Positions 31,374 to 42,288 of a stretch of DNA of 64,000 bases are shown here, piece after piece; the first letter of the stretch is position 1, and each line of letters begins with the position of its first letter. The notes under the pieces are model-generated. The model saw only the letters and a list, made by a program, of their open reading frames with translations. It made no database searches and was not told the origin of the DNA. The DNA is from a virus (Duplodnaviria > Caudoviricetes), in IMG/VR virus record IMGVR_UViG_3300028888_000052. The stretch is one strand, 5' to 3'. The position numbers were made by a program, and so were the translations under genes.

Positions 31374-31553
31374 ATGAAGGCGTATAATTTGTATTATAAA
31401 TCAAGAAAAATCAATAGAGTGCCAATGGATATTGATACATTAAAAATGGTATTACAAGAAAAATTCATTTATAAGCAAACATCAATTCCTGGACAAGTTG
31501 AAAAAATTCCTACAAATGAAATTGTTGCAAAACAATGTACTCTTTTAATATAA
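31374..31553 (+). CDS. Small hypothetical protein (59 aa, not in ORF track)
   Basis: ATG..TAA ORF filling the gap, MKAYNLYYKSRKINRVP... Confidence 0.55.
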   Translation: MKAYNLYYKSRKINRVPMDIDTLKMVLQEKFIYKQTSIPGQVEKIPTNEIVAKQCTLLI

Positions 31554-31571
31554 AAAAATCTATGAAATAAA

Positions 31572-32234
31572 ATGTTTACATTAAAAGGAAGACAAGATGG
31601 TTTTAGATTAATATTACCTAAAGAATTTATTGTACCAGAAATTGAAGAGAAATATACTAAGATAATTAGAAGCAAATTATCTTTCTATAATACTCCTATT
31701 GATTTTATAAATGAAACTATCAAAAGTGTAGAAGTATTAGGTTTTAATAATGCAACTTTTCAAGGTAATCAAGTTAGTACTGGTGAACCTATGATTAATC
31801 CAGAAAGAAAAGATCAAAATGCATTTAGTTTCCCTGAATCTGAATATCATTATAGATCAGCTTCTTCTCCTATTGCTTTAATTGATAGAACTATCAATAT
31901 CAAATTTAGACATACTTTAGGATATTTGAATTATTTCTTATTGTTTGAGAATTTCTGGTATCAATATACAAGAGATAGAAAATCACAATTTTTCAATAAC
32001 TACAATTTTGAAATAGATATTTTTAATGAGAAAGGTGTTATATATTCAAAAATTGTATTAGTGAATCCTGTTATAAATTCTATGGATATGCTTTCATTAG
32101 ACTTTACACAACCTATAGCGCAATCTCAAGAATTTCAAATAGAATTCAAATATCAAAACTTCGATTTCCAATTTATTGAAATTAAAGATAATAAAAAGAG
32201 TATTGTTGATGTTGAAAATATTGCACCATATTGA
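31572..32234 (+). CDS. Tail tube / tail completion protein (T4 gp19/gp3-like fold)
   Basis: IKSVEVLG, INIKFR....NY, IDIFNEKG...KIVLVNP.INSMD.LSLD......F.IEFKY..F pattern. Confidence 0.6.
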   Translation: MFTLKGRQDGFRLILPKEFIVPEIEEKYTKIIRSKLSFYNTPIDFINETIKSVEVLGFNNATFQGNQVSTGEPMINPERKDQNAFSFPESEYHYRSASSPIALIDRTINIKFRHTLGYLNYFLLFENFWYQYTRDRKSQFFNNYNFEIDIFNEKGVIYSKIVLVNPVINSMDMLSLDFTQPIAQSQEFQIEFKYQNFDFQFIEIKDNKKSIVDVENIAPY

Positions 32235-32258
32235 TTTTAACACTCTTTAATACATAGG

Positions 32259-32333
32259 AAGCCCACAGGTTAATTTTATATAATTAGAAGATAAATTATT
32301 TATCAATGTTAAAATAAGTTAACCTGTGGGCTT
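32259..32333. repeat. 15-bp perfect inverted repeat with 45-bp AT-rich spacer
   Basis: aagcccacaggttaa (32259-32273) / ttaacctgtgggctt (32319-32333). Confidence 0.85.
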
Positions 32334-32426
32334 TATAGTGTTTATTAAAATTTTATGAAATATTTGTTTTACATTTATCTATTTTAAAAAGTCAAAGTGT
32401 TTATAAATTTAATAAAAAGTTAAAAC

Positions 32427-33761
32427 ATGTTAATAGAGAAAATTGGTTATTCATACAATGATGTGACAATCATTCCATCAGAAATTTCGGACGTATCATC
32501 ACGTTCAGAATGTAATCCATTTATTAAGGATAATTTTTTACCAATTTTTACTGCACCAATGGCAAGTGTAGTTAATTGTGAAAATTATGAAAAATTTTTA
32601 GATAATGGAATTACACCAATTATACCAAGAAATATTAGTTTAGAAGATCGTAAAAAATTAATGAATGATCAACAATGGGTAGCATTATCATTAAGTGAAT
32701 TTGATGATTTATTCATTGAAAATTATTCGGATAGAATTGGTGATTTTAGAACACATTATTTTATATGTGTAGATATTGCAAATGGACATATGAAGTCATT
32801 ATATGAAAAATGCGCTAAAGCAAAAAAATTAGCAAAAGATAATAATTATAAATTAACTATAATGACCGGTAATATTGCAAATGCTAAAACATATGAATGG
32901 GTTTGTGATTTGAATTATAAATCACAAATTAAAATTATTGATTATATAAGGGTTGGTATAGGTGGAGGTTCAGGATGTATAACTACTTCAAATGTGTCAA
33001 TTCATTATCCACAAGCAAGTCTTATTGATGAATGCTATAAAGGATATATAGAAAAAAGACGTGTATCAAGATTAAGAGACAATTTGGATGAACCAAAAGG
33101 TGAATTATTGTTCCCGAAAATTGTTGCTGATGGTGGCATACGTAATTATGATCATGTTATCAAGGCATTAGCATTAGGTGCAGATTATGTAATGATTGGT
33201 AGTTTATTTGCACAATGCATTGAATCCGCAGGTGAAAAGACAACAAAATCATTAAGTCAAAAATTACCATTAAGATTTCCAATTGAAAGATATAAAGATT
33301 TCAGTGTTGATGAAAATGGATATGTTAAAGGATATTATACTGATTACTTTATAAATGAGAATATAAAGCCATGGAAATGGAAATTGATGGATGCTGAAGA
33401 TAATATAAAAAATGGCAAATATACAAAAGATAGTTCTGAATATAAATTAATTAATCTTGAATTTGAAAATAGATTAAATGAATTGAAAGGGCAGAAAATG
33501 ATTGGTCAAATAGATGTTAAGTTCTTTGGTATGGCTTCAGCTGATGGCCAAAAATCTATCAATGGTTCTAAAACAAAAACTGCTGAAGGAATTACTAAAT
33601 ACTTACCTGTTAAATATACTCTTAAAAGTTGGGTAGAAAATATGATAAGTTATTTACGTTCAGCTATGTCATATACAAATTGTTTTACTCTTCAAGAATT
33701 TATTGGTAAACCATATTTGATAGTAAATAGTATTTCAGAAATTCAAGCTGTTAATAAATAA
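32427..33761 (+). CDS. IMP dehydrogenase / GMP reductase family protein
   Basis: YNDVTIIP, PIFTAPM, VDIANGH, GNIA, RVGIGGGSGCIT, IVADGGIR, KALALGADYVMIGSLF, FFGMAS, AEG, LRSAMSY. Confidence 0.92.
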   Translation: MLIEKIGYSYNDVTIIPSEISDVSSRSECNPFIKDNFLPIFTAPMASVVNCENYEKFLDNGITPIIPRNISLEDRKKLMNDQQWVALSLSEFDDLFIENYSDRIGDFRTHYFICVDIANGHMKSLYEKCAKAKKLAKDNNYKLTIMTGNIANAKTYEWVCDLNYKSQIKIIDYIRVGIGGGSGCITTSNVSIHYPQASLIDECYKGYIEKRRVSRLRDNLDEPKGELLFPKIVADGGIRNYDHVIKALALGADYVMIGSLFAQCIESAGEKTTKSLSQKLPLRFPIERYKDFSVDENGYVKGYYTDYFINENIKPWKWKLMDAEDNIKNGKYTKDSSEYKLINLEFENRLNELKGQKMIGQIDVKFFGMASADGQKSINGSKTKTAEGITKYLPVKYTLKSWVENMISYLRSAMSYTNCFTLQEFIGKPYLIVNSISEIQAVNK

Positions 33762-33786
33762 AGAGAACTAAATTTAGTTCTCTTTT
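33761..33786 (+). terminator. Intrinsic terminator
   Basis: aagagaactaa-at-ttagttctctt hairpin. Confidence 0.75.
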
Positions 33787-33803
33787 AAATATTTTCTTTA
33801 TTT

Positions 33804-33843
33804 TTTGAATATTATATAAAAAGTTCTATATTATATATGTAAA
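33804..33843 (+). promoter_or_regulatory. Repeated early promoter
   Basis: tttgaa-N16-ctatattatatatgtaa. Confidence 0.75.
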
Positions 33844-35692
33844 ACGAAATAAATAATAGAAATATGAGTTGGCATTTAATTACAATGATTGTTCTTTCAA
33901 TTCTCTATCTTAGTTGGAAGATTTATATATATTCAAGAAGTATTGAATTTAGTTATTGGTTAAAACCTGGTGAAACTTATAAGGAACATACAAAATATGA
34001 ATGGTTTTGGATTAATTTTCGCCGTCGTCGTAAAGAATTTAAAATTATTATAAAGAAATATTTTGAGTGGTATGGCTTCAAGCATGTATATCCAATTATC
34101 ATTGCTTGGCTTATCTATGGTGGAATTTTTATTTGGTAAATTATGTCACGTACTTATCGTAAATATGTAAAGTGTGGAGTTTGTACTGGGTCTAATACTG
34201 AGTACTACCGCGATATGAATCGCAAGTGTCGTTCTAAGAATCGTCATACTCTTCGTAATATGATTGCCAATTATGATGTTGAAGTAGTTTCTGACATTAT
34301 TCCTCTTGGTGAAGTACCTATACATGATTCTTGGGATGAACCAACTGATGGCACATTTATTGTTTCAAGGAGAAACAAGAAGGATTACATGTATGAGTTC
34401 GATGGTTCTCCAACAACTAATAATCATTATGGAACTGGTGAAAACTATTGGAATCATAGATTTGGTAAGTATCTTAAGCCTAAGAATCGTAAACATTACA
34501 GAACTGTTTAATTATGACAGATAAGTATAAAGATATAGTTGAACGTTATTCATGGGATAATCGACCTACTTATGTTAAAGCATCCTATGCATTTGACGAT
34601 ACAATGTATGTATTGGATAGGTTAACTACTGGTAGCCTTGCCCATAATCTACCAAATGTAAAAACTAAGTTAGAACGTTTAATGGCTGCTTATTTGGAAG
34701 AATCTGAAAATTTAAGAATAGCAAATAGAGAAATACGAAAACTTAAAAAAGAATTGAATAAATGATTAAGAATGAATATGGTTACTTTATAAATGAAGGT
34801 GGATGTGAAGCTGGAGCTATAGCACATGTAAGAGTGTTTGCAATGACGACATGTAGTAATAAAGCAAAATATAAAATTACACTTGATAATGGTAAATCTA
34901 TTAATGTATGTGGCACACATCTTCGTCAGTATTATAAAACCGATTGGGATGATAAACCAATTAAAGGTGTCTATATTAAACAAGTAACTAAAGTTGAAGA
35001 AATTAAAACAAATAAAGTAATATATGAAAAGCGATAGAGAACTTTTAATAATGCTTATTGAAGCTATAGATTATTCTTTTTGGAATCCAACAGATAGAAA
35101 ATATAACATGGAACTTACATGGCCTGTAATTGATAAGGTAAATTATATTAAAGGTATTTTATCAAAAACTAATTAATATGAATCTGATACAACTTAAAAT
35201 TTTGGATTATGATGGAAGTATAATTAGTGAGTATTTCTTCCATACAGAAAAACCACGTGATTATTTCTGCACTCTAGATTATACTTTGAATAAGACTTTT
35301 CTTGAATGGCTTAAGACAAATAAGCCTACTCTATATAAAGAGATAGGAAATCATGAGATCGATTTCTTCTATTATCATGAAGATTCTTTAGAAACAATTT
35401 AATATATAAAGGAACTATGAATTATTATGGATGGGGTTGGCCTGAAACATTGGCCAGTTGTTTGATAACTTTGATATTTTGTATTTTATTTGGTGCTTTT
35501 GGTGGCCTGATATTTATGGCCCTTTGGAATTGGCTTGCACCTATATTTTGGACACAGGCTCCACAATTGACATTTCTACAAGCATGGGGAGTTATTATTC
35601 TACTTTCATGGATTGGAAGTTTCTTTAGGTCCAAATCTAAGTGACCGTTAATTATTATTTGTTTTATTTATTCCCATAGAATTTTCATATAT

Positions 35693-35733
35693 TATTTGAA
35701 TTTTTTATGGGAATTTCTATATTTATATTGTAA
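35693..35733 (+). promoter_or_regulatory. Repeated early promoter
   Basis: tatttgaa-N16-ctatatttatattgtaa. Confidence 0.8.
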
Positions 35734-36875
35734 AAACAAATAATATTTAATTATGAAGAAGTTAATTATAAATTTTCTACCAGAGTGGAAGATCGAAAAT
35801 GCAATTAAGAATTGGAAATTCTACCTCATTAATGTTGGTGGTTATATTTGTCGTGACAATAATAATCTTATCATTACTTGGGAGAATGATAATAAACCAT
35901 CGGTAGTACATCATATTATTGATGTTTGTGATGATCTTCTTGCTGATGAATGGGTAGTTGAACCTTTTCTTTATGATGAGATTCGCAATCTTCATAATGA
36001 TATGACTATTATCTATGATTATACAACTAATTATCTAGAAGTTAAGTAATATGAAATTAGAAGAAGCAATAGGAATAATTAATAGTATGGTTGAGATTGC
36101 AGAAGGAAGTAATAGTTGTGATCTGCAACTCGATGAAGATGAGATAAATGCTCTTAAGACTGTTCGAAATTATATATATCGACAGAATAAGATGTATGAT
36201 AAATTAAGTAAAGAAGACATCGAAGAGGAGAGAAATCAAAAAGGGTTTTATTATTGTGGTAAAGAGGTAAGTTGGAATGAAATTCCATTAAATGTTCGAA
36301 AGCATGATTATCCTTACTATTTTGATAAGAATGGAAATGATTGTTACCCAGAAGTTGTGAATTGAATATGACATACGAAGAACATATTGGGCATTTTAAA
36401 AATTGGTATATTAACCATAAAGATTATTCTAAGTGGCAAAAATTGTTAGATATCTATAAATTGGATAATGAAGATATTGTTTCAATTTATGCAAAGGAAA
36501 CAAATATAATTGCCACTGATAGAGTTGATTATTGGACAGAAGAATTTGTAGCTGAAAATATCTTAAATTAATATGATTTACGCAAAGTGTATTAAAGAGA
36601 CATATACGTGGGAAGGTGATAATGAGCAACACAAGTTTTCTAAAATTGTTGAAGGTCATACCTATGGATTTAATAAAATTGAAAATACATATTGGATAGA
36701 TCCAGAAGCTTGTTCTACAGAGGATTTCATGGATAGAGATGGATTTATCAATGCTGTAGCTCGTGGATTAGATAAGAAATATTTTGATGAAATGTTTAAA
36801 ATTATTTCATAATTTTTTGAATAATGTTAATTTTTGATAAATTGACATAATTTATTAAATAATATATAAAAAATA

Positions 36876-36893
36876 CTATATTTATATTGTAAA
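36876..36893 (+). promoter_or_regulatory. Early promoter, downstream element
   Basis: ctatatttatattgtaaa; upstream element degenerate. Confidence 0.6.
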
Positions 36894-37944
36894 TAAAATT
36901 CAAACATTATGAAATATCAAGAATTCAAACCCTTTTGGTACCTCGAAGAACATCAAATGGATCATTCAATGACCTATGAAGATGAAAGAAAATATACTAA
37001 AAGAATTCTTTGGTTCTTCTTTATTTTCACAATTGTATCTATCCTTTTAGTTGAATTTGTAAAATATCTATAATTATTATGAATATGGAAAAGACATTCG
37101 GTGATATTATGGTTGGTGATACTTTATATTGTTCTGATTTGGCTTGCTTAGGTCATTTCATGGAAACTCGTATAGTAAGTATGGAGCTTGACGAAAATGC
37201 TCTTAGAGACATGGATCATCGAGTACCTGATGTGGTCATTACAACACAGGATTTCCAGATCACCATAAATAAGCTTCATTTGACACACTTTAAGAATAAA
37301 GTAATAGTCAATGAAAATGGACTTTATATTAGCCCATCACCAAAGTATTTAGCAGAGGCCTTGATTAAGGAAGTCAATTCCAAAATTGAGTTTTGGCAGA
37401 AGAGAGGAGAAAGAATTATTGAAGCATACGAAAGTATTTAATTATGGAAAAGGTTTTTGAAATACCAAAGATAACAAACACCACACTTCAGTATTTTGTC
37501 GATGGTGAATATATTGATAATGTCGATGTCAATGAGGTGAACAAAATTCGAGAAAATGTCTTGATGCATATTGTTGAGACTAAAGATGCATCTATATTGG
37601 ATAGATTCTTTTTTATTGGTCACAAAGATTCCAATGATAAAATTGGAGAAGAAATAGTAATAACTATGGATAGTTTTGGAAATCTTTCTGATTGCCCTTG
37701 GGAAATGACCCATGTACGTAGAAGTATGTATCATCTTATGCAAATTGGTAGAGAGCATTCCGAACTTTTATATAGCTTTGAAAAAAGTTAAACATTATAA
37801 TAAAATTATGGAAATAAAAGAAGCAATCATAAAAATGGAAAAGTATTTAGATGGAATACTTGAATATCCTAACCCATATCATGATCCAGATACAGATGCA
37901 TTAGAAACATTAATAGAATTTGCAAAATCAAAACTTTAAATAAT

Positions 37945-39261
37945 ATGATAGAATTAGTTGGAAAGTACACTACTGCAAAGATATTTGCAGAAACAATTGA
38001 AGAAGGCGTATACGGACAGGTATATGATATAATCAATTGTCCTGCATTTAAGGGACAAAAGGTTGTGTGTATGCCTGACGTACATGTAGGAGCATCAGGT
38101 CCTTGTGGATTGGTTGCTACTATTGGTGATTATATTTGTCCAGAACATATTGGAGTTGATATTGGTTGCTCAGTATCAATGATGATATTGGATAAGAAGG
38201 TTCCTGAGGACAAGTATGCTGAGTTCGAAAGACGTATAAAGAACAAGGTTCCTTTTGGATTCAACCTTAATGGAAAGACTGTTATAGACTATAAGGAATT
38301 TTATAAGTTCTTAACTCAAGGCTTTAATAAGTATCGTAACTTTTGGCCTGAGATGCTTATGGATCTTCCTGACCATGTAGATGAAAAATGGGTATCTGCT
38401 CAACTTAAGCGTCTTAATATGGATGAAGGAGTTTTCTATAAGTCACTTGGGACCGTAGGTGGTGGAAATCACTTCATCGAGTATGATGAGCAGCAAGATG
38501 GTGAATTAGCTGGCGTTACTCTCCACTTTGGTTCTCGTAACTTTGGTGTCAAGGTTTGCAAGTATTGGATGGGTAAGACTACTCAGGCTATGCCTAAGGA
38601 TGAGATGAAAGCTGCTATGGAAAATTTCAAGAAGCAGTATAAAGCAACTCATTCAAATATGAAAGAATTCCAGTCTGCTAAGGATGAGTTTATTACTAAG
38701 CTTAAAGAGAATCATATTAATGGTTATCTTAATGGCACATATATGCAGGGTTATTTGATGGATATGTGTTTTGCACAGCTTTATGCGCAGTACAACCACA
38801 TGACTGTACAGAAGACTATTAAGGAATTGCTTATTAAGTATGGTATTAAGGAAGTAAGAACAATTACATCTACTCATAATTTTGTGGACCTCCATGACCA
38901 TACTTTAAGAAAGTCAGCAATTCGATCTTATGTAGGTGAGGAAATGCTTGTTCCTTTCAATATGAGAGATGGAGTTGCAATTTGTGAAGGACTTTCAAAT
39001 CCTGAGTGGCTTAATGCTTGTGCCCATGGAGCCGGTCGAAAGATGTCACGTTCTAAGGCAAAGCAGAATATATCGATGAAAGAGTTTGAAGACTCAATGA
39101 AAAATGTATATTCTACTACAGTTTGTAAGGGAACACTTGATGAGTCACCTATGGCTTACAAGGACACTACCGAGATTAAGGACTTGATTACTGAAACATG
39201 TAAGATTAAGTTTATGATGATTCCTAAAATCAATATTAAGGCGGCAGATGGTGGAGATTAA
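37945..39261 (+). CDS. rtcB: RtcB-family RNA-splicing/repair ligase
   Basis: MPDVHVG, IGVDIGC, SLGTVGGGNHFIE, LHFGSRNFG, HNFVD, RKSA, PFNMRDG, HGAGRKMSRSKAK, DESPMAYK. Confidence 0.95.
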   Translation: MIELVGKYTTAKIFAETIEEGVYGQVYDIINCPAFKGQKVVCMPDVHVGASGPCGLVATIGDYICPEHIGVDIGCSVSMMILDKKVPEDKYAEFERRIKNKVPFGFNLNGKTVIDYKEFYKFLTQGFNKYRNFWPEMLMDLPDHVDEKWVSAQLKRLNMDEGVFYKSLGTVGGGNHFIEYDEQQDGELAGVTLHFGSRNFGVKVCKYWMGKTTQAMPKDEMKAAMENFKKQYKATHSNMKEFQSAKDEFITKLKENHINGYLNGTYMQGYLMDMCFAQLYAQYNHMTVQKTIKELLIKYGIKEVRTITSTHNFVDLHDHTLRKSAIRSYVGEEMLVPFNMRDGVAICEGLSNPEWLNACAHGAGRKMSRSKAKQNISMKEFEDSMKNVYSTTVCKGTLDESPMAYKDTTEIKDLITETCKIKFMMIPKINIKAADGGD

Positions 39262-39277
39262 TTTCTCCACCATTTTT
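39249..39277 (+). terminator. Intrinsic terminator overlapping rtcB stop
   Basis: atggtggaga-ttaatt-tctccaccat + tttt. Confidence 0.8.
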
Positions 39278-39281
39278 ATAT

Positions 39282-39322
39282 TATTTGAATTTTTTAAATA
39301 TTATACTATATTTATATTGTAA
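39282..39322 (+). promoter_or_regulatory. Repeated early promoter
   Basis: tatttgaa-N16-ctatatttatattgtaa. Confidence 0.8.
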
Positions 39323-39350
39323 TTAAATAAAATTTAATTTAGTAATAAAT

Positions 39351-39722
39351 ATGAAAACAATTACAGAAATTATTACAGAGTCTTCTAATATAACAAGCAA
39401 TATCAATTGGATTGATTGGAATGAGGACAATCTAAATAATGTCTTTAAAGAGGTAATTGATGAGATTCTTGAAAATAAAGAACTTCGATATAAAGTAAAT
39501 ATTCTTGTAATTGCTAAGGAGAAGAAGTCAAAAGAAAATTGTGATAAGTTCAAAGGTAATTACAAATTGATGCCTACCGAGGTTGAGATTTATTGGAACA
39601 CAAATACTAATTCTGGTATGCCTGAGCCGAAAATTTCATTTTGGTCAAAGAATATCGCAAATAATACGATTACTAAGTTTGTTCCAATGGAGATGGCTCT
39701 ACCTAAAGAATTTCAGAAGTAA
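39351..39722 (+). CDS. Hypothetical protein with capsid-targeting-like tag (MKTITEIITE)
   Basis: Shared N-terminal tag; sits in a promoter-gene-terminator cassette. Confidence 0.6.
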   Translation: MKTITEIITESSNITSNINWIDWNEDNLNNVFKEVIDEILENKELRYKVNILVIAKEKKSKENCDKFKGNYKLMPTEVEIYWNTNTNSGMPEPKISFWSKNIANNTITKFVPMEMALPKEFQK

Positions 39723-39723
39723 T

Positions 39724-39766
39724 AATATTAAATCTACAGATGGTGGGAATTGATTTCTCCACTATC
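39724..39766 (+). repeat. Diverged duplicate of rtcB 3' end and terminator
   Basis: Reads NIKSTDGGN-stop versus rtcB NIKAADGGD-stop, followed by the same tttctccac hairpin arm. Confidence 0.8.
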
Positions 39767-39781
39767 TTTAATTAATAAAAT

Positions 39782-41431
39782 ATGAAAAAGAAATTTTGGT
39801 TAGCTAATAGTGATGGTATAGAAGCTTTTATATTAGATACAGATGGTGATTACTTTAAAGATTATGGGGATGCTTACCATGAAACTATTGAAGAAGCTAA
39901 AGAAGTATTTGAACGAATCATAAACAAAAAAATTGAAAAGATTGATAATGAAATCATTTCATTAAAATTTTCTAAAGCAAAGTTAATTGATAAAATTAAA
40001 AACCCAACAATTATAGACGATGTGTAATTATCCTTGTAAGAAATATCAAGAATGGAGAGATGTTGTTACATCTGAAGGATTAGAAGAAAGTCCACCACCA
40101 TGTATTTTTTGTATGAATAACTATTTTGAAGATCTATGAATAATATTTTATTAAGTATCATAATTATTGCATGGCTATATATTGTGGTCATGTGGATAGA
40201 TAGTATTTGGCCAATTGTTAAACGTAAAGTTGTTGAAACTCATTATACAACACGATTATTCAAAGATGTTGATATGGTGCATTATGAATATTACAAGAAA
40301 TATCCATTTTGCAAGTGGAAACTATATGAAGTTCAAACACCAGAAGAATTTGAATATGAATGTCGTAGGTTTAGAGAACTTTGTCATGGTGATTGGAAAT
40401 CCTATATGAATTTTGAAGTTGATAAAACTGTTTATATTATAGATTAGTTATGAAAGACTATATTAAAGATAGAAGAGTATTTATATCAATTGGTGATATT
40501 TCTTTTAGTCCTAATTTAAGGAAAAGAAATTATAATGATTTGTTTCATATAGCTACTTGGGAAGAACCACAAAATGGTGAAATCATCATTGTAGAATATG
40601 AAAATCATTTTAAAGAAATAGTTAGGATGAATTCTAATGTTGATTTAGATGAGATAATTGGTTGGTGCTATTTAGATGATGTGTTATGAAACATGTTTGG
40701 TGTATAGATGATGATTTATTTACTCTTAAAGAAGGGTATGTTTTCGATGATTATAAAGATTATGAAGATGACTTTGTATATACTGATGAATCACAAAAAT
40801 ATCTTGTAGGTACATATAAAGTAGAAAATATCTTTGATAATAAAGAAACTGCTCTTAATATGTATAAGGGTATAATAGAAATTGAAAGAGTAAAAGTTCA
40901 TGATAAGATAGAACAACTTAAGAAATATGATGAGAAACTTTTTGAAAAACTTTTAATTATTGGATAAATATGGAAGATTTTAGAAATTTATTGACGATTA
41001 AGCCACAAAAGCCTACTAAGAAAAAGAATATATTAAAAATATGGATGAATTGGGATTCTAATGATGGAGATTATATTGAACGAACAGATGAAATGAATCC
41101 TAAAGTTCTTTTTGGAAATAAAAAACTAATATATTGTCTTGCTTATATTACATTACGTTATAATTTTAAAGGTCATGATTGGAATGATGCTGTATTTCAA
41201 CATCATATTACAGATAATTGTGATATTGATGATTTAATGGATGTATTATCAGAAAATGACTTTATGGTTTATTCTGATTGGGGTGCTTGTCATAGTTGTG
41301 AAGATTTAGAAATTACTTATTATGATAAAGATGGAGTGCCATTCGATATAACATTTGATGATATTCATAAGAGATGGATGAAAATGTCTTATGAAGAAAT
41401 ATGTCAAGAAATTAATGACATTGAATGGTAA
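39782..41431 (+). other. Block of small hypothetical ORFs
   Basis: Co-directional short ORFs. Confidence 0.7.
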
Positions 41432-41450
41432 AAATTTATTATGATTAATC

Positions 41451-41858
41451 ATGGAAATTGAATGCAAGATATTAGGAGAACTTGATCACCAAAATGCAAA
41501 TGGCCGAGTTTATCCTAAAAATGAAATGGAAAAAGCCATAAAGAATTATTTAAGTTCTGGCTGGTGTTATGGTGAATTGAATCCTGATTATGGAGATCTT
41601 TCCCATCCAATTACATTATCAAATATATCACACAAAATTAAAGATATAAATATTGTTGGTGAAGAAGTAATTGGTAAAATTGAACTTTTAGATACTCCAC
41701 AAGGAAAAATAGCTAAAGATATTATTAAAGCTGGATCAGATTTAAAATTTGCACCAAGAATTGTAGCACAAGTTGAACCAATTAAAAAAGGTCCAGGAAA
41801 ATATACAAGAGGAACTAAATTAAAAGATATACAAATAATGAGTATTGATATTGTATGA
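41451..41858 (+). CDS. Prohead protease (T4 gp21 / peptidase S77)-like protein, short and apparently inactive
   Basis: D.QNANGRVYP, YGELNP, LSNISHKI, GEEVIGKIELLDTPQGKIAK; expected GELxHP His and GVSSRG Ser are absent. Confidence 0.8.
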   Translation: MEIECKILGELDHQNANGRVYPKNEMEKAIKNYLSSGWCYGELNPDYGDLSHPITLSNISHKIKDINIVGEEVIGKIELLDTPQGKIAKDIIKAGSDLKFAPRIVAQVEPIKKGPGKYTRGTKLKDIQIMSIDIV

Positions 41859-42233
41859 AAGAGTATTTTATAGATGATTATGAGGATATCAATATAATTA
41901 AATATATAGAAAATGATATTGAACAATTGATAGAAAAATATCTGAAACTATATGGATATCAAGATAAAGAAATAGCAAGAGTTATTTCTAATTATTGCTA
42001 TAAACAATATAGTGTTTAATATGTATAAATCTAGAAAAAAGAAAGAACAACTTCGAAAGTGTATTAAAGAAAGTTTAGCTTGGCACCAAGGATTCACTAA
42101 GGCATCACAGATAAAATATTTGTATGATGATTATGATTATTGGTGTGCTAGGCAAGCCCATAAAATATTACATCCTAATACACCAGATGAATTTTATTTA
42201 TGTAAAGAAAATTGTAAAAAGAAAATTTAACTA

Positions 42234-42274
42234 TATTTGAATTTTTGCAAATAATTTCTATATTATATTTGTAA
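42234..42274 (+). promoter_or_regulatory. Repeated early promoter
   Basis: tatttgaa-N16-ctatattatatttgtaa. Confidence 0.8.
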
Positions 42275-42288
42275 AAATTAAATATAAT

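Larger units (their letters stand above)
33864..37939 (+). other. Block of small hypothetical early ORFs (several membrane peptides; unlisted 54-aa ORF 36909-37073)
   Basis: Co-directional short ORFs after repeated promoters. Confidence 0.7.
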
